NCBI GenBank assembly: GCA_025060085.1
Contig: JANXCM010000001.1
Coordinates: 1 to 46,002 of the forward strand
Length of the DNA stretch: 46,002 nucleotides
Reading direction: 5' to 3'
From: Patescibacteria group bacterium
GTDB taxonomy: Bacteria > Patescibacteriota > Minisyncoccia > UBA6257 > HR35
The position numbers and the translations under genes were made by a program. Below the pieces are notes generated by a model, which was given only the letters and a program-made list of their open reading frames with translations, made no database searches and was not told the origin of the DNA. Every line of letters begins with the position of its first letter. The first letter of the stretch is position 1. Positions 1 through 9,172 of this stretch are shown here, in pieces.

Positions 1-285
1 ATAATCTTAGAAGAAGGGCAAAGATAATTAAAATAATTTTTTTAAAAATTCATATTTATTGATAAACTGTCACCATTGTAATCTTAAAAAATTTTTATTT
101 TAGGAAAAATATAAAAAAACAAAATAAAAGATAGATAATTCAAAGCTATCACGAATTTTTAAAAAGATTTAAAATAATATATTAGTTTTTTCTTCATTTG
201 GGGAGAAATTTTAGTTTTATTAAATTTTTTTATTTAAAAATTAACTTGTGATAAATCGTCATTAAAATAAATAAAAAGTTAGATT

Positions 286-690
286 ATGATTAAATTAATA
301 CTAGTCGATGCAATCCATTGTTTGTATATTAAGGATGAAAAAAGTGGCAACTTCATAATTTTTGAAGAAATTTTAAGGCTATTAGAAAACTATAATTAAG
401 ATAAGCTTATTATTACTAATGCTTTAAAAGATCAATTTAAAAATTTTGGTTTAGATAGAGCTCCATATGAGGTTTTTACTTTAGAAAATAATCCACCAAA
501 ATTAGGTCCTAAATATTTTGAAATTTTGTTAAATAAATTTACTTTATTACCTAACCAATTTATTTATTTTGATCATAATCTATAATCAGTTAAAAGCGCT
601 GAAAGTTTAGGTATTAAATCTTTTTTCTATGAAAAAAATTTATTAGACTTAAAGAAATTTTTAGATGAAAATATTTTTAAAGATGAATAA
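286..690 (+). pseudogene. HAD-superfamily hydrolase-like gene interrupted by two in-frame TAA codons
   Basis: A single frame runs from ATG 286 to TAA 688-690. It reads MIKLILVDAIHCLY...LENYN*DKLIITNALKDQF...PKYFEILL...FIYFDHNL*SVKSAESLGIKSFFY. An N-terminal Asp, ITN, K..YFE and FDxN..A...G blocks are arranged like HAD motifs I-IV. The in-frame stops are at 397-399 and 583-585. The pieces are too short to appear in the ORF track. Confidence 0.4.
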
Positions 691-1007
691 AATTAAAAAA
701 TTTTTTTTTAGAGTGATAAAATTTTAAAGAGGCACTTTGTTTAACAAAAAAATTTAAAAAAATGAAAATATTCTTGTTGTAGTAATAGAAGGCAAGGGAA
801 AGGTGTTATATAGAAGCAAAATTAAACATAAGATAGAAAAATTTTTTTCTTTATTCTTCTAGAGAGTTTAAAAAAAAATTTTAAATATTATTTTGAAATA
901 ATTTATCAAAATAAACTTATAATATCAGGAGAAAGATATTTAAATTTTTGTGTCAAAAGAGATAATAAATTTAATTTAATCAAATTTACCTTATATAATT
1001 TTAATTA

Positions 1008-1973
1008 ATGGAAGAGCTTTTTCAAAAAATAAATAATTTTTCAGAAGTAGATTTAAATTTATTTCAAAGAATTTTTGAAGTTAAAAAAGAAATAGCAGAA
1101 TTAAAATTACCACAAATCATTGAAGATAAATTTAAGGATGCTCAAAAACAAGAAATAATAATAATAATAAATAAAATTCTTAATCAAGAAACCCATTTTA
1201 ATATTTGGCGAGCAAGAAGAACTGAACCTCAAAAAGAGAATATTAAAATAGAGAATCAATATGATCCTTTTTGTGATGTACTAAATTCAACCCCTGAGGA
1301 TGAATTTGGTAGATTAGAAAATGAATCAGCAATTACAGCGAGTAATTTGACTAAATCTTCTAAAAATCATTCTTTGATAATTTTTAAAAATCATAATTTT
1401 AATGAAAATGATATTAAAAATTCTCTTTTATTAGCAAACAATTGGTTTTCTAATTTTGAAGAAAAAATTAAAATAATCATCTGGAATTATGGTTTTCGTT
1501 CGGGGGCAAGTATTTTTCATCCCCATCTTCAAATATTTTCTTTAGAAGATATTCCTGAGAAAATAAAATATCATTTAGATAAATATAAAAACTATCAAGA
1601 AAAATTTAAGTCGGACTATTTAAATGATATCTTTTATCTTTCTGAAAAACTAAACTTAGCTAAAAAGAAAAATGATTTTAATTTGATTGTCAGTTTAACT
1701 CCAATGAAAGATAATGAATTATTTTTTTGGGGAAAAGATTTTTTAACTAATTACTCTGAATTAGCTAAATTGATTTATTCTTATTTTAATTTGGGAATTG
1801 AAAATTTTAATTTCTTTTTAATTCAGATGCCGTCATTTTTTTTAGGATTTTTAGTCAATCGTGGGGAATCAAAAAAAATCAACTCTGATATCGGAGCTTT
1901 AGAATTATATGCTTTTTCCGTAGTAGGAAGTAATCCCTTTGATTTATTTAATAAGTTATTCCGTTATTGGTAA
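1008..1973 (+). CDS. GalT/HIT-superfamily nucleotidyltransferase-like protein
   Basis: 321-aa ORF with the block NYGFRSGASIFHPHLQIF. This is an HxHxQ-type histidine motif, as in galactose-1-phosphate uridylyltransferase-like enzymes. The rest is not recognisable by eye. Confidence 0.45.
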   Translation: MEELFQKINNFSEVDLNLFQRIFEVKKEIAELKLPQIIEDKFKDAQKQEIIIIINKILNQETHFNIWRARRTEPQKENIKIENQYDPFCDVLNSTPEDEFGRLENESAITASNLTKSSKNHSLIIFKNHNFNENDIKNSLLLANNWFSNFEEKIKIIIWNYGFRSGASIFHPHLQIFSLEDIPEKIKYHLDKYKNYQEKFKSDYLNDIFYLSEKLNLAKKKNDFNLIVSLTPMKDNELFFWGKDFLTNYSELAKLIYSYFNLGIENFNFFLIQMPSFFLGFLVNRGESKKINSDIGALELYAFSVVGSNPFDLFNKLFRYW

Positions 1974-2216
1974 TAAAGCTTTTGGAAATTCAGGAGTAGG
2001 AGAAGAATTTTTATCAGGAATTAATTTTTTTAAATCAGGCTCATTTTCTAATAAAAGCAATGGATTAGCTTCAAGTTGCCATCTGTTTTCTTCTGCAGGG
2101 GAAATTTGTTGGGGATTGGGTCTAGTACTACCTATAGGAAGAAAAATAAAATAGACAATAAGACTAATAGTACAAATCCAAATTAAATTATTGGTTATAT
2201 TTTTATAATTTTCCAT
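1956..2216 (-). CDS. hypothetical small membrane-anchored protein
   Basis: 86-aa ORF with one N-terminal hydrophobic helix (LIWICTISLIVYFIFLPIG), on the same strand as the downstream pgk. It competes with the overlapping + strand ORF 1939..2154. Confidence 0.3.
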   Translation of the reverse strand: MENYKNITNNLIWICTISLIVYFIFLPIGSTRPNPQQISPAEENRWQLEANPLLLLENEPDLKKLIPDKNSSPTPEFPKALLPITE

Positions 2217-2257
2217 TATTTAAATTATATTATAAATTTAAATTAATGCTAAATTAT

Positions 2258-3388
2258 TTAATATTCTTCAAAGACAGGTAATTTCTGATAAGCTAAATAA
2301 TATAGCATTGCACCGCCGCCAGTGGAAAGAAAATTGAAATTTTTGTTTAATTTTAAAGAATTAATAATAGTTAAAGTTTCTCCACCGCCTGCAATTTTAT
2401 ATTTTTTTAATTTTGATAGTAATTGAACAAATAATTTTGATCCTTGAAAATATTTCTTATTTTCTATCCACCCTAGAGGTCCATTCCAAACTATTAAATC
2501 TACCATCTTTAGATTATTGATAAATTCTTTTATACTTTCTGGACCAATATCATAAATAATTTCATCCGGATTTATTTCACCTAAATAGCGGTAGCCTTTA
2601 TTTGTTTGAAAATCAAAAGGTATAATAATTTTATTACTTTTAATTTTTTTAAATTCCCTTAAATAATCTCTATCAATAATTGATTGACCTACTTCAAAAT
2701 TCTTTGCTTGTAAAAAAGTATTAACTATTCCGCCTCCTAAAATAATTACATCCGCTTTTTTAAGAAAATTTCTAATAAGAGGAATTTTTGTTTCTGATTT
2801 AATTCCACCGATAACTAAACCAACCCCTTTATCTTTTTTTAGAACATAATTTAAATTTTCAATTTCTTTTTCAAAATTTAAACCATAATAAGTTAGTAGA
2901 AATTTTTTTAATTGATAGACTGAAGAATGTTGACGATGAGATACGGAAAAAGCTTCATTAACGAAAATATCCCCTAGTTTGCTCAAAGAAAGAGCAAAAT
3001 CATAATCATTTTTTTCTTCTTCCTTAAAAAATCTTATGTTTTCTAATAGTATAATATGATTGAAGGGTAATTTAAAACTGGGTTGCCAGAAGTAATATTT
3101 AATTTGAGGTAAGTATTTTTTAAGGAAGGGGAGAATTTTTTTTGTGGACAAATTTTTATCATTTTTATTTTTTGGTCTGCCTAGATGAGTAATTAATATT
3201 ATCTGTTTAGCTTTATTTTTGATTAAAAAATTAATTGTAGACAAGCTTTGTTTAATACGATAGATGTCTTCAAAATTTTTATTTTTAAGATTGATATTAT
3301 AATCAACTCTTATTAAAACTCTTTTATTTCTTATTTTGTTACCATTTAATCTCAATAAATATTTGTTTTTTAAATTAATCATTTTCAA
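2258..3388 (-). CDS. pgk: phosphoglycerate kinase
   Basis: 376-aa ORF with PGK blocks RVDYN, ITHLGRPK, FVNEAFSVSHR, GGIKSETKI, DIGPES, WNGPLG and GGGE...STGGGAML. Confidence 0.9.
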   Translation of the reverse strand: MKMINLKNKYLLRLNGNKIRNKRVLIRVDYNINLKNKNFEDIYRIKQSLSTINFLIKNKAKQIILITHLGRPKNKNDKNLSTKKILPFLKKYLPQIKYYFWQPSFKLPFNHIILLENIRFFKEEEKNDYDFALSLSKLGDIFVNEAFSVSHRQHSSVYQLKKFLLTYYGLNFEKEIENLNYVLKKDKGVGLVIGGIKSETKIPLIRNFLKKADVIILGGGIVNTFLQAKNFEVGQSIIDRDYLREFKKIKSNKIIIPFDFQTNKGYRYLGEINPDEIIYDIGPESIKEFINNLKMVDLIVWNGPLGWIENKKYFQGSKLFVQLLSKLKKYKIAGGGETLTIINSLKLNKNFNFLSTGGGAMLYYLAYQKLPVFEEY

Positions 3389-4889
3389 GATTATTAATCC
3401 GATACTGAAGAGCTTCAGCTATATGATCAATCTGAATAATTTCTTTATTTTCTAAATCAGCAATTGTTTTTCCAATTTTAATAATTTTATTAATCGCTCT
3501 TAGAGATAGATGAAATTTATCAATTGAATTTCTAAGAAAATCTTCTGCTGCTTTATCTAATCGACAATAAATTTTTATCTCTTTTAGAGAAAGTTCGCTG
3601 TTAAATTTATTTTGTCTTTCAAATTGTTTTATTTTCATTTCTTCAATTTTCTTTTTTATTTTTTTGAAAGAATTTTTTTCTTCTGAAAAAATAGCTTCAC
3701 TTTTTAAACGAGGAATATTAAGTTGCATATCAATTCTATCTAAAAGAGGTCCAGAAATTTTTTTATAGTATTTTAATATTTCATTTAGATAACAGCGACA
3801 TTCTTTTTCAGGGTCATTATAAAACCCACATGGACAAGGATTATAAGCGCCGATAAATAAAAATCTTGATGGAAATTTAATGTTTTTTCTCGCTCGGCTA
3901 ATATTAATTTCGCCGCTGTCTAATGGTTCGCGCAAAGATTCTAAAACATCTCTTTTAAATTCTGGTAATTCATCTAAAAATAGAACACCTCGATGAGCAA
4001 GAGTGATTTCTCCTGGCTTGGGATTTTGACCACCACCGATAATAGCTATTGCTGACGAAGAATGATGAGGATTACGGAAAGGTGGATTAATAATTAAATG
4101 ATCTAAATGATATCCATAAGCACTATAAATACTACTAACTTCCAGAGATTCTTCATAATTTAAATTAGGCAAAAGATTAACTAAATTTTTAGCAATTAAA
4201 GTTTTTCCTGTTCCTGGTGGTCCAAAAAGAAGTAAATTATGTCGACCAGCGGCGGCAATTATTATTCCTCTTAGAGTAAAATCAGAAATTTTTATAAAGT
4301 CAAATTCACTTTCATTTTTTTGATAAAGTTCAAAAAATGATAACGGTTCAAAATGTGGTTGAGGATTAATATTTTCCAAATGATCAATTATTTCTTTTAA
4401 ATTTTTAAAAAGATATAAATTTTTAATTTGAAGATATTTTACCTCATTAAGATTTTCGTACGGAATATAAATTTCATCAAATTCTTTATAAAAATTGAGA
4501 ATAATTGGCAATAAGCCTTTAATTTTTTTTAAAGATCCGTCCAGTCCTAATTCACCTAAAAATAAAATTTTTTTATTAGGAAATTTTATCTGATTAGTTG
4601 CCCTGAGAAAACTAATAGTAATTCCTAAATCTAAATAAGATCCTTCTTTTTTCAAATTAGCGGGAGCCAAATTAACCACTATTCTTTTATTAAATTTTAA
4701 AGGAGGTTTAGCATTGATTGATTTTAGGGCTAAATTTATTCTTTCTTTAGCTTCTTGAATAGCTTTATCAGGTAAGCCAATAATTGAGAAAAAATTTAAA
4801 CCATTCATTAAACCTGTTTCAATTTCAACCAAAATTCCACCTAAAGCTTCTAAAATAGCGGAATAAATTTTATTTGTCATTATCCACAA
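3375..4889 (-). CDS. comM: YifB/ComM family Mg-chelatase-like ATPase
   Basis: 504-aa ORF with Walker A GPPGTGKT, Walker B VLFLDELPEF, a CPCG zinc-like motif and a ChlI-like C-terminal tail. The length and layout are typical of ComM/YifB. Confidence 0.85.
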   Translation of the reverse strand: MWIMTNKIYSAILEALGGILVEIETGLMNGLNFFSIIGLPDKAIQEAKERINLALKSINAKPPLKFNKRIVVNLAPANLKKEGSYLDLGITISFLRATNQIKFPNKKILFLGELGLDGSLKKIKGLLPIILNFYKEFDEIYIPYENLNEVKYLQIKNLYLFKNLKEIIDHLENINPQPHFEPLSFFELYQKNESEFDFIKISDFTLRGIIIAAAGRHNLLLFGPPGTGKTLIAKNLVNLLPNLNYEESLEVSSIYSAYGYHLDHLIINPPFRNPHHSSSAIAIIGGGQNPKPGEITLAHRGVLFLDELPEFKRDVLESLREPLDSGEINISRARKNIKFPSRFLFIGAYNPCPCGFYNDPEKECRCYLNEILKYYKKISGPLLDRIDMQLNIPRLKSEAIFSEEKNSFKKIKKKIEEMKIKQFERQNKFNSELSLKEIKIYCRLDKAAEDFLRNSIDKFHLSLRAINKIIKIGKTIADLENKEIIQIDHIAEALQYRINNLEND

Positions 4890-5022
4890 ATCAATTTGGG
4901 TTAATTTAAAATATATTATAAAATTATTAAATTATTAAATAATTAAAATTATATTAATATTCAGGTCGGAAAATTTTAAATTATTTTTTAAATTTTTACT
5001 TAATTTTTGATAAAGCTCAAAA

Positions 5023-5397
5023 ATGAAAAGTATTATTGCTTATACTCTTTTAATTTATATTTTTTTAGGCCTTTTTTTACCATTTATAATTTATAGTCAA
5101 GGAATTCCAGATCCTGGAGTTATTGATGATCCCGAAGTTGGCTTAATTAAGGGAGATGTAAGAGATACAATAGTTGAAATTTTTAATATTGTTTTCAGAG
5201 TGATTATTTGGATATCGGTTGCTTTGGCAATTATCTTCTTTGCTTGGGCTGGTGTTTTGATTATTGTGCAAGGAAAATTTGATGCTGGAAAAGACAAAAT
5301 TATCTGGGGAATTATCGGATTAATCGTTGCTTTAGTTGCTTGGGCCGTAATTAATCTTATCAGTCAATTTGTTCAGCGTGGGGAATTAGGTCAATAA
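5023..5397 (+). CDS. pilin-like small membrane protein (TrbC/VirB2-type topology), paralog 1 of 7
   Basis: Has a signal-like N-terminus plus the shared two-helix core WISVALAIIFFAWAGVLIIVQGKFDAGKDKIIWGIIGLIVALVAWAV. Confidence 0.5.
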   Translation: MKSIIAYTLLIYIFLGLFLPFIIYSQGIPDPGVIDDPEVGLIKGDVRDTIVEIFNIVFRVIIWISVALAIIFFAWAGVLIIVQGKFDAGKDKIIWGIIGLIVALVAWAVINLISQFVQRGELGQ

Positions 5398-5535
5398 AAT
5401 AATAACGAAAATAAAATAATAGATAAGAATTAAGATATTTTAATCAAGATAAAAGATTTAAAATATATGAATATTTTTAGATTATTGAGGAGATTAAAAA
5501 ATTTTTAATAAGCCTATTTTAATAGGTCTTATATT

Positions 5536-5865
5536 ATGATTTTTCAATTTTCTAAATATCCTTTTGATCCAAAATTTGGTTTACCATCACCCGAACCTGT
5601 GCCAGCTCCATTAGTTTGTGATGATATTTTACCTTGTCTTTTGTTATTCTTTAGTTGGTTATTTAAACTTTTGATTTGGTTGTCAGTAGCTTTTTCTATT
5701 ATTATGATTGCTCTTACTGGTTTGAGAATTATTATTCAACCTGGAGAAATTAAAAATTTAGGTAAAAATTTAATCTGGATAATTACTGGTTTTGTTGTGG
5801 CTTTAGTTTCTTATTCTTTAGTTTTATTAATTGAACGATTAGTAGCTACTGGTAATATTGGATGA
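5536..5865 (+). CDS. pilin-like small membrane protein, paralog 2 of 7
   Basis: Shared core WLSVAFSIIMIALTGLRIIIQPGEIKNLGKNLIWIITGFVVALVSYSL. Confidence 0.5.
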   Translation: MIFQFSKYPFDPKFGLPSPEPVPAPLVCDDILPCLLLFFSWLFKLLIWLSVAFSIIMIALTGLRIIIQPGEIKNLGKNLIWIITGFVVALVSYSLVLLIERLVATGNIG

Positions 5866-5868
5866 AAA

Positions 5869-6270
5869 ATGGCCAAATTTTTCTTATTTTTAATTTTAAA
5901 TCTTATTTTTTTAACCTTATTTAACTTTAATCAAAATAATTATCTTTATGCTCAAATAAGAGAATTTATTCCTCAAAAAATATCTTGTACCCCATTTACT
6001 ATTTTGGATGTTTTAAGAGGACAAAGCATCCCTCCGGGTTTAGTAGGAAAATGTCTTTTATGGTTAGCTCAAAAAATACTCACTCTTATTTATACTGTTT
6101 CGCTTATAATTTCAGTTGGTTTTATAATTTATAGTGGGCTTTTATTTGCCACTAAACCCAATGATGAAAATGCTAAAAAATACTTAATTTGGGCTATTAT
6201 TGGAGCAATTATTACTATTTTAGCTTTTAGTATAGTTCGAGGAATTGAATTTACTTTAAGCCGAGGATAA
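5869..6270 (+). CDS. pilin-like small membrane protein, paralog 3 of 7
   Basis: Signal peptide-like N-terminus and shared core TVSLIISVGFIIYSGLLFATKPNDENAKKYLIWAIIGAIITILAFSI. Confidence 0.5.
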   Translation: MAKFFLFLILNLIFLTLFNFNQNNYLYAQIREFIPQKISCTPFTILDVLRGQSIPPGLVGKCLLWLAQKILTLIYTVSLIISVGFIIYSGLLFATKPNDENAKKYLIWAIIGAIITILAFSIVRGIEFTLSRG

Positions 6271-6273
6271 TTA

Positions 6274-7821
6274 ATGAATAAAAATTTAACTTTTGTAATT
6301 CTTTTTTTACCATTCATTGTTTTTGCTCAAGATTACTTTTTTAATCCTTTTCAATTTGGAATTAAAACTACTCAACAAGTAAGAGAAATTACTGATTTTA
6401 CTTTTCGAGATAAAGTAAGACAAAAAGCAGCTGAATTATTAAATAGAGCTTATGCCACCAGTGGAGTGTATGTTGTTTCAGGAAATAATATTATTAGTAA
6501 TGATCCTAATCGAGATGTAAATCAAGCAGTAAGAGAAACTTATGGTAATTGGTATCTTCTTTTAACTCAAGCTGCTGATGAAGTAATTAAAACCGATAGT
6601 GTAGAAAGGCAAAGACTAGCTCAAATTTTGGGAATAAGTCAAGAAAGTGTTTTAGATTTAGCAGTTTTAAATGTAAAAATAGGTCCGAATGGTTTAGAAG
6701 CTATTTATCTTGGCCCAAGTTCTCAGCAAGGTATTTTACCCAGAGTAAATCCTTGTGAACAAGGATTAGGTCAATGTACTTTGTGGATATTAGTTACCAT
6801 CCTTAAGTTTGTTTATACCTTAGCTTTGTTTTTAGCGGTAATATTTTTAATTTGGGCAGGTATTTTATATATTACTGCTCCTGGGGAAACAAGTAAAACC
6901 CATCCAAGGTTTTATTACGGTTTATTAGGTGTTATAGTAGCTGTTTTAGCTTTTAGTCTTGTTAGAGCTTTAGAGAGAGGTATTACAGGAGGAACTTTTG
7001 TAGCTTCTGATCAACAAGGAAATCAACAATCAAATAATCAATCTCAAAATCAAGTAAGAAATATTTATGTTGATTTAGGAAGCATTGGTTATTATGAAAA
7101 TAAAATTAGTTTTGTTGCCAATACTAATCAAGGAAATTGTAATTTAGATGTTGATGCTTATAATCTTCGTACTAGAAATTTTGATAGTTCTCGTTATCTT
7201 ATTGATATTAATAATAGACCCCAAGATGTAGAATTAGGAGAAATTGCTCATCAACCGGGTGATACTATCCGACTTTATTTTCGTTCTAATAATTGTCGAG
7301 TTAATATTTATCAATACGATGTTAGAATACCATTAGAGAGAATGGAATTTGTTTTAGAAGAATTAAAAATAGAGGTTATTGGTGTTCAAACATTTGATAT
7401 AAGACTAAACTTTTCTAATTTTGAATCAATACTTAGATCAATCTTGGGCGATCTTGTAAGAGGTGTAGCGGGTTATTATCTTTTTGATCCACCATTTTTT
7501 ATCAGATTTGATTATAAATTTAGACAGCCAGCCAGTGTTAATGGTCGATGTAATATTACTTTATCAGTTAAAGCTGCTAATGCTATTAATCTAAACTTAA
7601 ATGAAAGAAATGAAGTATTAACTGCCCAATGGCAAAGATTTACTAGAACTTTTAGCTTTAATTTATCTTATGAAAAAAATCGTCGGGAGAAAATAGTTCA
7701 ATTACCAATTAATTTACCTCGGAATACTTATAATCAAATAGAAATTACTGTATTAGATATAAAAAATTGTGGAACAGCTTTTAATCTTCCTAAAAAGGAA
7801 AATATTTTGATTACTCATTAA
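6274..7821 (+). CDS. large pilin-core fusion protein (N-domain + pilin-like two-helix core + Q/N linker + ~280-aa C-domain), paralog 4 of 7
   Basis: 515 aa with a signal peptide (MNKNLTFVILFLPFIVFAQ). The internal core is TLALFLAVIFLIWAGILYITAPGETSKTHPRFYYGLLGVIVAVLAFSL. It is followed by the linker SDQQGNQQSNNQSQNQ (about nt 7006-7053) and an unrecognisable C-terminal domain. Confidence 0.5.
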   Translation: MNKNLTFVILFLPFIVFAQDYFFNPFQFGIKTTQQVREITDFTFRDKVRQKAAELLNRAYATSGVYVVSGNNIISNDPNRDVNQAVRETYGNWYLLLTQAADEVIKTDSVERQRLAQILGISQESVLDLAVLNVKIGPNGLEAIYLGPSSQQGILPRVNPCEQGLGQCTLWILVTILKFVYTLALFLAVIFLIWAGILYITAPGETSKTHPRFYYGLLGVIVAVLAFSLVRALERGITGGTFVASDQQGNQQSNNQSQNQVRNIYVDLGSIGYYENKISFVANTNQGNCNLDVDAYNLRTRNFDSSRYLIDINNRPQDVELGEIAHQPGDTIRLYFRSNNCRVNIYQYDVRIPLERMEFVLEELKIEVIGVQTFDIRLNFSNFESILRSILGDLVRGVAGYYLFDPPFFIRFDYKFRQPASVNGRCNITLSVKAANAINLNLNERNEVLTAQWQRFTRTFSFNLSYEKNRREKIVQLPINLPRNTYNQIEITVLDIKNCGTAFNLPKKENILITH

Positions 7822-7830
7822 AATAAATAA

Positions 7831-8106
7831 ATGTTTAATTTTACCTTCGCTCAATTAGGAAAAGAGGTGGGGTGTTTTAATTTAACTGGCTTAGATTATT
7901 TTTTTTGTAAAATTGAAGGTTTTTTATGGATTTTTTTTAATATCGGTTTAATTTTAGGCATCGGGCTTTTAATTTTTGCTGGGATAAAATATACCTTAAG
8001 CCAAGGAAAAGATTGGCATAGTGAGTTAATTTTTATTATTCTAGGAATTGCTTTTATTTTGGCTGCTTTTTCTTTACCCTTGATAATTTTTTCTTTTTTA
8101 AAATAA
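7831..8106 (+). CDS. pilin-like small membrane protein, paralog 5 of 7
   Basis: Shared core NIGLILGIGLLIFAGIKYTLSQGKDWHSELIFIILGIAFILAAFSL. Confidence 0.5.
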   Translation: MFNFTFAQLGKEVGCFNLTGLDYFFCKIEGFLWIFFNIGLILGIGLLIFAGIKYTLSQGKDWHSELIFIILGIAFILAAFSLPLIIFSFLK

Positions 8107-8109
8107 TTA

Positions 8110-8364
8110 ATGTTTTCTCATTTCACTCAACCGATTATTAATTTTTTTTCACAATTAACTCAAATTTTTTTGATCTTAGCTATTTTAATTTCAATTTTTA
8201 GTTTTATCTATTTAGGAATAAAAATTTATTTTAGTAAAGGAAATTACAAAGATTTTAAATTAACTCTAATTTTTACTGTTTTAGGTCTTCTTATTTTAGG
8301 TATAATATTTATTAATCGAGAATTAATTTTTGATTTAATAAAAATTTTTATTCCTAATTTTTGA
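8110..8364 (+). CDS. pilin-like small membrane protein, paralog 6 of 7
   Basis: Shared core ILAILISIFSFIYLGIKIYFSKGNYKDFKLTLIFTVLGLLILGIIF. Confidence 0.45.
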   Translation: MFSHFTQPIINFFSQLTQIFLILAILISIFSFIYLGIKIYFSKGNYKDFKLTLIFTVLGLLILGIIFINRELIFDLIKIFIPNF

Positions 8365-9158
8365 TGCAAGAAATTATTCAGATTTTGAATCTAATTCTTC
8401 GCCTTTTACAATCTTTAATAATTTTAGGCTCTATTGCTATTTTTGTCTATTTAGGTTTACTTTTCTATTTCAAAAAATTTGATGAAGTGAAAAAAAATCT
8501 TCCTTATGTTATTTTAGGGCTTATTTTACTAATAGCTGTTTACTCTTTGCCTTTAATAATTTTATCTTTTTTAGAAAGAGGACCACAAGATTTAGATTTT
8601 TCTTTAGATGATCAAATGATAAATCAAAATATTCAAGGTAGATGTCAAATAAGATTTATTATCTTTGATAACAATAATCCTATTTTGGGTATTAATAATC
8701 AACCTCAAGTCAATTTTAGACGAGGTAATTGTTTTCTGACTATTAGGTTTACTACTCAACCTAACCTTGCTTATGTTTTATGTCAATTTGGTAATGATAA
8801 TCGAGAAAGAACTAATTGTTGGGGTATTTACGGTGAACAGTACAATTCAGAAAATAATAGAGTAATGGGAGAGAGTTTAGATTTTTCAACCTTTGGCAGT
8901 CTTGAAAATTTAAATCCGACAAAAAGACTAATTAGATTTCCTTCTCAATCTAACACTATTTATTGTTCTACTACCCTAATTACTCAAAATTTATCAGTAA
9001 AACCATCCAACAAACCTTATATTTTTGTTATTTTTTCTGCTACGCCAGGTTTAAATGCTTGTCAAAACTCTTCTTCTTTAATAATAAAATCGGGTTCAAA
9101 TTTATGGACAAGAGTTGGTGCTGATGCTTTTGATTTAATTACTACTTCAACGAGATAA
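8361..9158 (+). CDS. pilin-core protein with ~180-aa C-terminal extension, paralog 7 of 7
   Basis: N-terminal shared core ILGSIAIFVYLGLLFYFKKFDEVKKNLPYVILGLILLIAVYSLPL, followed by a soluble Cys-containing domain. Its start overlaps the previous gene by 4 nt. Confidence 0.45.
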   Translation: MMQEIIQILNLILRLLQSLIILGSIAIFVYLGLLFYFKKFDEVKKNLPYVILGLILLIAVYSLPLIILSFLERGPQDLDFSLDDQMINQNIQGRCQIRFIIFDNNNPILGINNQPQVNFRRGNCFLTIRFTTQPNLAYVLCQFGNDNRERTNCWGIYGEQYNSENNRVMGESLDFSTFGSLENLNPTKRLIRFPSQSNTIYCSTTLITQNLSVKPSNKPYIFVIFSATPGLNACQNSSSLIIKSGSNLWTRVGADAFDLITTSTR

Positions 9159-9172
9159 TTTTAAATAAACAA

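Noticed and set aside
1939-2154. A + strand 71-aa ORF overlapping the end of the GalT-like gene and the - strand 86-aa ORF.
   Set aside because: It has no start context, no motifs and a Gly/Ser-rich odd composition. The - strand alternative at least has a TM helix and is co-directional with pgk. Neither is strongly supported.
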